Shown here in pieces: positions 9,158-18,400 of a DNA stretch of 24,000 nt. The notes under the pieces are model-generated. The model made no database searches. It was not told the origin of the DNA and saw only the letters and a program-made list of their open reading frames with translations. Origin of the DNA: Blastocatellia bacterium (lineage in GTDB: Bacteria; Acidobacteriota; Blastocatellia; UBA7656); assembly GCA_035248905.1 (NCBI GenBank), contig DATFGX010000006.1, positions 85,696 to 109,695 of the forward strand, in the 5' to 3' direction. Every line of letters starts with the position of its first letter. Within the stretch, counting starts at the first letter, position 1. The translations under genes and the position numbers were made by a program.

Positions 9158-11560
9158 ATGCTTATGAATTCATGTGGACGCACTTTGCTGAATCTGCTGG
9201 CACGACGAACGCTCGCGCTGCTGGTCTTGTTGCTTGCGCCCGCGGCGGCGCACGCGCAGTCGGGCGTGCTCATCCCGACCAACGCGCAGAAGCCGAACCC
9301 TGCGATCCTCTCGCTCGACGAGATGACCGTGGACGTGAAGATCGATAACCAGTTCGCGCGCGTCCGCGTCGTGCAGATCTTCGGCAGTCACACAGATGTC
9401 GTGCAGGAAGGCCAGTACGTCTTCCTCATCCCGACGACCGCATCGATTTCGGACTTCGCCGTCTGGGACGGCGACGTGCGCATTCCCGGCGTCATCCTCG
9501 AAAAGCGCCGCGCTGAAGAGATCTATCAAGACCTCGCCTTGCAATCGATCGATCCGGGCCTGCTCTCGCAAGAGCGCGAAGACAACTCCGACACCGCTTT
9601 CACTGTCAAGATCACGCCGATCCCTGCCTATGGCACCAAACGGCTCGAACTCGAATACACAGAGGCGCTGCCGGTAGACAATCTCGAATCGCACTTCTCG
9701 TTCCCCTTCAAGCCGAGCATGTATGGCACGCAGACGGTCAATCATTTGTCGCTCAGATTACAGATCGCCAGCAAGTTTGCGATGAGCGACCTCAACCTGC
9801 GCAGCAAACTCTACGCGCTCAACTTCATCGACAACCGGCCCGAATTCAAGTCGGCGTCGTTTGAAGGCAACGACCTTCAACTGACCGAAGACTTCTCGTT
9901 CAGCTACAGCTTAAACGTGCCGCACACGGCGTTCGAGTTTCTCGCCTACCGCGCCCCGGAACGCATCACCGCAGACGAGCTGCGCGACCCGCGGCTGGCC
10001 GAGCGCGAGCCGGACGGTTACTTCGAAGCCGGCGTCGTCTTCAACGAAGCGGGCCGCGCCCCCGGCGAAGTCGCTGCGCCCGACCCGCGCTCGGTGCTGG
10101 TGATGCTCGACACGTCGCTGTCGATGCAGTGGGAAAAACTCGACCGCGCCTACGAAGCGACTGAAGCGCTGCTGCGTTCGCTGACGCCACAGGATTCGTT
10201 CAACCTGATGTTGTTCAACGACGACGTGACGGCTTTGAGCGACAAGCCCGTGGACGCGCGAGCCGATCAGATTGAGCGCGCGCTGTCATTCATCAAGACG
10301 AGTTACCTGTCAGGCGGCACAGACCTGGGCGCGGCGCTCGAACGCGCCACGCAATTGTCGAAAGCGATGCCGGCGAAAAAAGAGCGCGCCATCGTGATGA
10401 TCACCGATGGTAACTCGTCGCTGGGGACGACGCGGCTCAAGGCGCTCACCGAACGTTTTCAGAAAGCCAACGACGCAGGGCCGCGCGCCCGCCTGTACGT
10501 CTTCGGCATCGGCTCGGACACCAACCTGCGTTTGCTCGGCGAGCTGGCGCGGGCGTCACGCGGCTACTTCGACTGGTCGCGCGAGACCGACGACCTGGAG
10601 TTCAAGCTCAAAGGCTTCCTGAGCAAGATAGGCCGCGCGCCGATTGATACGTTGAAGCTTGCGAACGCCGACGCCGCGAACTTTTATCAAGTCTATCCCG
10701 ATTATGAGGCGACTGCGTATGACGGTACGCGTTTGTCATTCGTCGGTCGCTACAAGCGGCCCGGCACGGCGCAACTTTCCGTGACCGGCAACAGTGAAGG
10801 CAAGCCTGTGCGGCTCAATCAACAGGTCGAGCTGCCGGAGCGCGACGACACGCACGAGCACGTGCCGCGGCTGTGGGCGCGGGCGCGCGTCGACGCGCTG
10901 CTCAGACAGATCGCGCTGAACGGCGAAACGAAAGAGGCGATTGACGAGATCATCGCGCTCTCGAAGAAGTACAAGTTTGTCACGCCCTACACGTCATTCC
11001 TGGCGGCGCCGCGCTCGCTGCTCAGGCCCCGCGTGATTCGTCCCGGCGACCCTGTGCTCAGAGTCCGCGCCGACCAATCCATCACCGAAGTGACGGCGGT
11101 CTTTCCGTTCGGCTTGACCAAGCGATTGACTTATCTGAAGGGCGAAGACGTGTGGGAGACGCGCTTTGTCGCGCCGCACGAGATGAGCGACGGCGTTTAT
11201 CATTGCCGCTTGTTGTTGGTGGACGACAAAGGCCGCGCCTATCAAGAAGACAAGAGCTTTGTAATCGACAGCCGCCCGCCGCGCCTTGAGCCGAAGCTGA
11301 ATCAGGCCATCGCGCATGCGGGTGAAGCGGTGACGATCACCGTGCGCGCCGACATCGACACGCGGGTGATTGCCGCACGTGTGCTGGGCGCGCTGCCTGT
11401 GCCGATTGTCTGGGACGCGAAGGCGAAGGCGAACGTCGGCCACCTGCGCATCCCCGCGGGCCTGCCGTCGGGCACCTACACGATTCAAGTCACCGCCGAA
11501 GACTTCGCGCACAACTCGACGGTCACCGAGTTAAACATCGAAGTGATCGGCGGCAGTTGA
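9158..11560 (+). CDS. Secreted VIT domain + von Willebrand factor type A domain protein
   Basis: Signal peptide LLARRTLALLVLLLAPAAAHAQ. VIT-like region (VDVKIDNQFARVRVVQIFGSH...YVFLIPTTASISDFAVWDGD...EEIYQD). VWA with MIDAS residues DTSLS, a GTD Thr and ITDGNSSLG. The track ORF starts at 8948, but that extension overlaps the upstream CDS, so ATG 9158 (or 9164) is preferred. Confidence 0.85.
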   Translation: MLMNSCGRTLLNLLARRTLALLVLLLAPAAAHAQSGVLIPTNAQKPNPAILSLDEMTVDVKIDNQFARVRVVQIFGSHTDVVQEGQYVFLIPTTASISDFAVWDGDVRIPGVILEKRRAEEIYQDLALQSIDPGLLSQEREDNSDTAFTVKITPIPAYGTKRLELEYTEALPVDNLESHFSFPFKPSMYGTQTVNHLSLRLQIASKFAMSDLNLRSKLYALNFIDNRPEFKSASFEGNDLQLTEDFSFSYSLNVPHTAFEFLAYRAPERITADELRDPRLAEREPDGYFEAGVVFNEAGRAPGEVAAPDPRSVLVMLDTSLSMQWEKLDRAYEATEALLRSLTPQDSFNLMLFNDDVTALSDKPVDARADQIERALSFIKTSYLSGGTDLGAALERATQLSKAMPAKKERAIVMITDGNSSLGTTRLKALTERFQKANDAGPRARLYVFGIGSDTNLRLLGELARASRGYFDWSRETDDLEFKLKGFLSKIGRAPIDTLKLANADAANFYQVYPDYEATAYDGTRLSFVGRYKRPGTAQLSVTGNSEGKPVRLNQQVELPERDDTHEHVPRLWARARVDALLRQIALNGETKEAIDEIIALSKKYKFVTPYTSFLAAPRSLLRPRVIRPGDPVLRVRADQSITEVTAVFPFGLTKRLTYLKGEDVWETRFVAPHEMSDGVYHCRLLLVDDKGRAYQEDKSFVIDSRPPRLEPKLNQAIAHAGEAVTITVRADIDTRVIAARVLGALPVPIVWDAKAKANVGHLRIPAGLPSGTYTIQVTAEDFAHNSTVTELNIEVIGGS

Positions 11561-11579
11561 GGATTGAACGATTGCTGGC

Positions 11580-11620
11580 AATTGATTCATCGAGCTTCCT
11601 GTTCAACCGATGAATCAATT
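11580..11620. repeat. Perfect 13-bp inverted repeat / hairpin downstream of the VIT-VWA gene (possible terminator without a U-tract)
   Basis: AATTGATTCATCG (11580-11592), 15-nt loop, CGATGAATCAATT (11608-11620). Confidence 0.7.
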
Positions 11621-11650
11621 AGAGCAATGTCTACGAGAGCAATGTCTACG
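11621..11650 (+). repeat. Perfect tandem duplication of 15 bp (AGAGCAATGTCTACG x2)
   Basis: Read directly: 11621-11635 and 11636-11650 are identical. Confidence 0.9.
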
Positions 11651-11657
11651 TTCGGTA

Positions 11658-11717
11658 GCCCGCTTCAGCGGGCTTGCCCGCAGGGCAAATAGGCCAGCCG
11701 TTTTAAGGCTGGTTCAC
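11658..11717 (+). repeat. Left REP-like arm with three hairpins
   Basis: AGCCCGC-TTCA-GCGGGCT (11657-11674), TTGCCC-GCA-GGGCAA, and CCAGCC-gttttaa-GGCTGG (11694-11712). GTAG lies at 11655-11658 at the hairpin foot. Confidence 0.8.
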
Positions 11718-11786
11718 AGCGACAGATAAACCCATAGCCCGTTTTAACGAGCTTCTCACAAAGGGCTTTAGCCGGGGGGGCAGACG

Positions 11787-12251
11787 ATGCCACGCAATGT
11801 CTATTCGGAAATCAACCTCCACGTTGTGTGGCACACGAAGAACAACACGCCCGTCCTGACCGATCACATTGAAGCGCGCATGCAACAGCATCTTCAGCAT
11901 CACGTCATACAAACGGAAGGCTGCATTTTTCATGGCATCGGCGGCACGGACGATCACGTTCATCTTGTCGCCAGCGTGCCGCCGACGTTGCTCATCAGTG
12001 AATGGATAGGCCGGCTGAAGGGCGCAAGCGCGCATTACATAAACAACGAAATTGCGAACCGCAAGCTGCTCGAATGGCAAACCGGTTACGGAGTTGTGAG
12101 CTTTGGAACGCGAGATTTGCCCTGGGTGCTGAATTATGTTCGCGACCAGCGGCAGCATCATGCGGGCGGCACGACATACGAACGGTTGGAACGTGTTGAG
12201 CGCGAGGCGGTGGCTGAAGCCGAATCGGGTAAGCACGCTAAAGCGCGCTAA
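11787..12251 (+). CDS. REP-associated / IS200-like HUH (Y1) transposase
   Basis: INLHVVWHTKNNTPVLTD, HUH motif in DDHVHLVASVPPT, and a candidate catalytic Tyr in WVLNYVRDQRQHH. Size is 154 aa. Confidence 0.88.
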   Translation: MPRNVYSEINLHVVWHTKNNTPVLTDHIEARMQQHLQHHVIQTEGCIFHGIGGTDDHVHLVASVPPTLLISEWIGRLKGASAHYINNEIANRKLLEWQTGYGVVSFGTRDLPWVLNYVRDQRQHHAGGTTYERLERVEREAVAEAESGKHAKAR

Positions 12252-12268
12252 AGAATTTTGCGGGGGCA

Positions 12269-12327
12269 GTGAACCAGCCCTAAAAGGGCTGGCCTATTTG
12301 CCCTTCGGGTTGCCCGCTGAAGCGGGC
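12269..12327 (-). repeat. Right REP-like arm, inverted relative to the left arm
   Basis: Perfect hairpin CCAGCCC-TAAAA-GGGCTGG (12274-12292), and GCCCGCTGAAGCGGGC at 12312-12327. Confidence 0.8.
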
Positions 12328-12368
12328 AGATGAGGATTTGAGGACGTGACGCCAAAGCTATGAGTAGG

Positions 12369-12384
12369 GCCCGCTTCAGCGGGC
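12369..12384 (+). repeat. Third copy of REP core GCCCGCTTCAGCGGGC
   Basis: Exact copy of the 16-mer at 11658-11673. A GTAG tetranucleotide lies 1 nt upstream (12364-12367). Confidence 0.75.
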
Positions 12385-12480
12385 AGAGTTGGTTTGTGAT
12401 CCCGTTGAACCGGGCGGAATTGAGTCGCGAACATCTAGCTTCAGGCAAACGATAGCTTGAGGGCAGACGGACAGGTTGAT

Positions 12481-15400
12481 ATGCGCAAACGAATCTTTTC
12501 GGCAGTCGTGATTGTGCTCTGTGTGGCGTCGGTTACTGTCGCAACCCTGGTTGCGCAGCGGGCGGCGCAGCGGGCGAAAACTACTACGCCGTCAGCCGCG
12601 GGCGGGCAGACCGCGAAAGGCAAGACGCCGGCGAATCGCAATGCCGCCGTGACGCCTACGCCTTTGCGCCAGGCGGACCCGAATCGCGCGCCGCAGGCGG
12701 CGGTTGACGAAGCGCTCTACACCCGTGAAGAGTTCTTCGGCACGCAAGCGTCGGTCGCTCGGCCTTACGCCGTCGCGCTTGAGCGCGTCGGCGGCTTGCT
12801 CACGCAGTACCCGAAAGATGCGCGACTGCACCTGCACGCGGCACGGCTCTCTGAACGGCTCGGTCAGTTCGATAAAGCCGCGACCGAGATGGCGCAGTAC
12901 GCCGACCTCCGCCGGCGCTCGCCCGATGCCTTGCGCCGGCTCGCGGTCTTCTATCACAACCGCGCACGCTTTGCCGACGAAGTCAAAACACTCGCCGAGC
13001 TGGCACGGGCGTTGCCGGTCACCGATCGCGCGCCCATCTACAAACAGGCCGCCGGCCTCGTGCGCTCGTATTCGCTCAAAGAGTACAAGCCCGCGGATTT
13101 CTTCGCCGAACTCGTCGCCGCCGACCCGTCGAATATTCAGCCGGTCAAAGACTACGTTGAAGAGTTAGAGCTTGCCGAAGATCACAAAGCCGCGCTCGAC
13201 GTGCTGACGACCTTTCAGCCGAAGTTCTCCGGCCAGCTTGCTTACTTCTTAAAGACCCGCGCGGCGATCCTCGAAGCGCAGGGCGACCGCCGCGCCGCCG
13301 AACAGATTTATGACGCGGCCTTCGACCCGACGTGGCCGCGCGCCATCAGCGGCGATTATTACGAATTGCTGCGGCGCTTCGGTCGCTATCGCACGGTGCG
13401 CCGCGCGCTGCAAGAGCGTGCGCGCACCGCAAGCGACCTCAACACCGTCGCGCGATTGTTCAGCATCTATTCTTACGAAGGGAACTTTGAGCCGGCTTCG
13501 CGTCTGCTGCGCGACCTGGAAGCGCGCCGCACCGGGGTCACTGCTTCGTGGACTGGCCGTGAGCTTGAAACGGTCGCGGCGTTATTTGCTTCGGTTGGCG
13601 ACTTCGACCAAGCGTCGCGCTATCTCTACACGCTCTATCTCACGGGCGGCTTGCAAGCCGGCAGCGCGTCACGCGAAGAAGCTCTGCACCGTCTCTTCCG
13701 CGTGATGCTCGACGCCGCCGGCACGCCGACGCGCGTCGCCGCTGGCGACCTGTCGCTCTACAAAGATGTGGCGCAGGTGGACGCGCATCCCGGCTTTATG
13801 AATGGCGTGCTGTCGCTGATCCTTTCCGGCACAGACCCGGCCAGCGAGTTCGCGACGCAAGAAAAAGCCGCCGCCAGTTACTTCAACCGCGCCTTCGCCT
13901 ATCGCATCTTCACGGCGTTCAAACAGGAGTACGCGCAGTCGCAGTACCTTGCGGACATGTACCTCGGCGTCACCGAAGTCTTCGCGGGGCTTGGCGAACA
14001 CCGGCTGGCGATTGCGGCGGGCCGCGAATTTCAACAGCTCTATCCGAACTCGCCGCGCTACAGTGAAGTGTCGCTGCGCATCGCCGACGCCTACGTGGCA
14101 CTGAAAGACCGCGCCAGCGAGCGCGCCGTCCTGGACGGCTTGCTTGATCGCCTGGCGCGCTCGCGGCCTAAAGGTCAACCGCTGATCGCTTCATCATCGA
14201 AGCGCTGGACGTATGGCATCTCGCCGGTCTTCGACAAACTCGTAGACCGCATCCGCTACAACATCGAAGCCTACAGCGACACCTACGACCCGACCGAAGA
14301 CAGCTCGGCGACCAACTCGAATGACAACGACAGCGACGTGGATTCGGACGAGCCGACGAGCTTCGGTAATGAAAATGACAAACGCGGGCCGACCTACAGC
14401 AGCGTGCTTGAGCGCTACGTTGCCAGCTTGGCCGCCGACGACAAGAAGACGGAAACCGTCGCATTCTTCTGGAACGAAATCCGCAAGCATCCGGGCGAAG
14501 AAGGACTCTACGAGCGATTCCTGCGCTGGCTCGGCTCGGCTGAGCTGGTCAACGAGCAGTTGAAGGCGTACAACACGGCGATCCGCCAGTTTGATTCCAA
14601 CACCTGGTATCACCGGCTGGCGCGCTGGTACGTGCGCCAGAAGCGCGGCAGGGAATTGCAGCGCTACTCGCGGCAGCTCATCAGCATCTTCGACGAAGAA
14701 GACATCACCGAATTTCTGCTGCGCTTCGCCGGTTACGGCGCGACGGCGGCGGGCGATTCGCTGAACTGGGATCAAAAGCTGGCGTTCGACCTTTACAGCT
14801 ACGCACACCAGCGCTTTCCGCAGAATCTCTACTTCGTGCGCGGCATGCTGACCTACCTGGCGAACAACAAAGATTTCGTGCAGTGGGCGCAGCTCTCGGC
14901 GCAGTATTACTTCGCCGACCGCTCGATTCGTGAGCCGTTCCTCGCCTACCTGTCGGGCAGCAATGAACTGCGCAACCGCTACGCGACGGCCAAGAGCAAA
15001 GGCGCGACGGCGACGAATCAACCGGCGACCGAGCCGCCGAACACTTACCGCATCTTCGCGGCGGACGCGGCGCTGTGGCTGTCGCACCACGACGAAGCGA
15101 TTGACGCGTACCGTCAACTGGCGGTGCTTTATCCAGGCGAGGCGCAGTACGCAGACCGCCTGGCCGACCTGACCCGCTCGTTCGGCCAGCGCTCCGACAA
15201 GCTCTACGAAGAGTCGGCGCAGGTGCTGGCGCACATGGCTGACCTTTATCCGTCGAACCATTCGTATCGCATCAAGGCCGGCGAAGTCTACGCAGAGCTG
15301 GGCGACTTCAAGCGCGCTGGCGCGGAGTGGAACAAGCTGACGGCGTTGGAGCCGGGCGAGCGCAACACCTATCTGGAAGTCGCAACGGTCTTCTGGGATT

Positions 15401-18400
15401 ACTACCAGTTCGACGAAGCTATTCGCATCTTCAAAGAGCTGCGCCAGCAGACCGGCGACCCGACGATCTATGCGTATCGCATGGGCGCCGTCTATGAAGG
15501 CAAAGGCGACATTGACGCGGCGATTGCCGAGTACGTCAAAGTCTTGCCCGAACCCGGTGACGGTCGCGACACCGTAGCCAAACGCCTGGCGCAGCTTTCC
15601 CGGCGCACAGGACTCGCCGACAAGATCGCTGCGGCTTACAATCAGGCGCGCGTGGCTAAGCCAGACGATTGGCAGTTGGTGATCGGTTACGCGCTCTACA
15701 ACGCCGAGCGCGAGCATCAGGCCGAAGCGCTCGCAGGCTTGCGCACAGAAGTGTCGCGCTCGACGAACGTCGAGTTTCTCGAATCGGTGCGCGACCTCTT
15801 CCAATATATTCTGCGGCCCGAAGACGAGCAGCAGGTCATCACACGCCTGACGCAAGTGGCGCGCGACGAGCGCGAGGCGATGACTTATCGGCTGCAACTC
15901 GCGGCCTTCCTCGAACGCCACAATCAAGTGGACGAGGCGATCAAGAACATCGATAAGCTGGTCGCTGACTACCCGACCAACGTCGGCGTCGTCGAAGAGT
16001 CTGCACAGTTCTACTGGCGTGCAGGCTTGCTCGACCGCGCGCTCGATCTCTACAAGCGGACGCTGGCGCGGGCGCAGGGGCCGAACCGCCGCCTGCTGAC
16101 GTTGCAGTACGCGCGCCGGCTGAGCGAAGCCAACAAGCTCGCGGATGCCGAAGCGACGTTGCGTGCGTTCTACAACGAGAACCGCAGCGACACCGAAGTC
16201 TTTTCAGAACTGGCGCGCACGCTCGGCGCGGAAAACAAGATGAACGACCTGGCGACGCTCTACCAGGACGCCTTCAAGGATGTGAAAGATTCGGGCCTCA
16301 CGGGCGACGACGCCAAAGCGCAGGTCGCCGAGTTGCGCCTTGGCTTGATCCGCACCTACACGGCGCTGAACAAATTCGCCGAAGCCGTAGACCAGCACAT
16401 CGAGATCATCAACCTCTTCCCCGAAGACGCCGAGCGGCTGGCGACGGCTTACGAATACGCCGAAGCGCACAACCTGCTCGACCGATTGACGGCTTACTAC
16501 GAGAAGCTGACGAAAGATTCGTACAAGAATTATCGCTGGCAACTGGTGCTGGGCCGCATCTACGAGCGGCGCGGCAATCTGGCGGGCGCGACTGAACAGT
16601 TCCGTAACGCCGTCACCAACGAGCCGGAGCGCGCAGACTTCCGTCTGACGCTGGCGAACCTGCTGACGCGGCAGCGGCGCTACGACGACGCCATCGCCGT
16701 CCTGCGCGAAGGCTGGCGGCTGGCGGGCCGCGATCCTTCGTGGCTCACCGAAGTGGCGCGCATACAGGTGCTCCAGGGCAAGCGCGAAGAGGCCGTGCAG
16801 ACCTTGCGGCAGGCGCTCGCTTCGAAGAAAGAGACGAAGGTTACAGATCAAATTGCGGTCGCGCAGCGGCTCGCTTCGTGGGGCCTGTACGCCGAAGCCG
16901 TGCGCATCTACGAGACGGCGCTCGCCGCTTATCCGAAGGTGATGAAAGACGAATACCTCGGCGGCGACGCGATCAGCGGCTACGTCCAGGCGCTAGTGCG
17001 CACGCAGCCGGTGGCGCAGGTTTATCAGAAGCTCGAACGCATGCGCGCGCAGTACGCGGCGATTGGCGACAACTCGTCGGACACCGACGGCTATCGCGCC
17101 AAGAACGTCGTGCAATATCTCGATAGCTCATTGCGTGCGGAGTTCGCGCGTGGCGTGATCGATTACGCAGGCTCGCAGGACGCCGCCGCGGTCGCGCAGG
17201 CGATTGTCAATGCGACGGCGAAGATGACGGCTTACACGGACGCCGATGCGTTGCGACGTTATCTCGGCATCGCGCGCGCCGCCAATCTGGTTGACGTGGA
17301 AGAGAAGCTACAGACGCGCTTGAAGGATGCGGCTTACGCCGCACGCCCGAAGAACGCGCCGCAGCCGACGCGCGAGGACACCAGTTTTTACAATGAGCTG
17401 CGCGCGCTCGTCGCTTTCTATGACCGTCACGCGGCGTACGCCAAAGCCGCCGAAGTGCTGAGCGCCGAAGCGAAGCGCGATCCGTACAAAGACCGCTTCG
17501 ATTATCAAAACCAGATCGCCACGCAGTACCGGCTGGCGGGCGACACGCCGCACGAGATGGAATCGTTGCGCGTCGCTTACCAGAGCGTCAGCGGCGCGGA
17601 AGTGACGACCAACGCCGATTGGGTCGAGCGCTACCTGAACTTGCTCTACGCCGCGAACCAGCGCGACGAGCTGGAGCGCATCGCGGCCACCAACAATCCT
17701 TATCAACTGCAAGTCATCAACTTCTTCATCGAGAAGAATGACAAGGCACTCGCCCGTCGCGCCATCAACAGTGCGACACACTCCACCGCATGGAAGGCTT
17801 CGCGCAGCGGCGAAGTCGGACTGTTTGCGCGCGACACGTCGGCGGAGACCGAAGGCTTCTTCAAGAGCGCCCTCGACATCAAGACCATCGGCAACATGCT
17901 CAACCGTAAGGTGGATGGCGATACGACGCTGCTCGGCGACGACTGGTTCGTGGCGGCGCGTAATTATGGTTACTGGCTCGGATTGACGCCGCAGCGCAGC
18001 AAAGAGAGCCTCGACTTTATCGCCGGCGAGATCGAAGGCCACCCGTCGAGCGAGAAGGCGCAGCTTGAGCTTGCGGCCTACTACCTCGACCACAAAGACC
18101 TGACGCGCGCGGCGGCGCACACAGAGCTTGCCGCAGAGCTTGCGCCGGCGAGCACCGACGTCATCATCACGCGCGGCTTGATCGCGATGGCGCGCGGCGA
18201 CCGCAAGGCCGCCGTCGAGCAGTGGAATCGCTTGCTGAGCGGGCGCGTGTCGGTCGCCGACGCGCAGACCTACTTGAAGCTGATGGCCGATAACAACATG
18301 CTGCGCGAGGCGCTGCCGCCGCTCGAAAACTTCATCGTCAGCTTCGTCAACTACGCGACGCGGCGCAAGAATAGCGACGGCGACACGAGCGGCCTCGACC

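Larger units (their letters stand above)
11658..12327 (+). mobile_element. IS200/RAYT-like element: HUH transposase flanked by about 60-nt imperfect inverted repeats made of REP-like hairpins
   Basis: Left arm 11658-11717 versus the reverse complement of right arm 12269-12327: about 54/60 identical with one indel. Both arms contain GCCCGCTTCAGCGGGC and a CCAGCC...GGCTGG hairpin. Confidence 0.7.

Noticed and set aside
14194-15927. 577-aa minus-strand ORF
   Set aside because: Lies wholly antisense to the giant TPR gene, has no domain signal, and codon bias mirrors the opposite strand.
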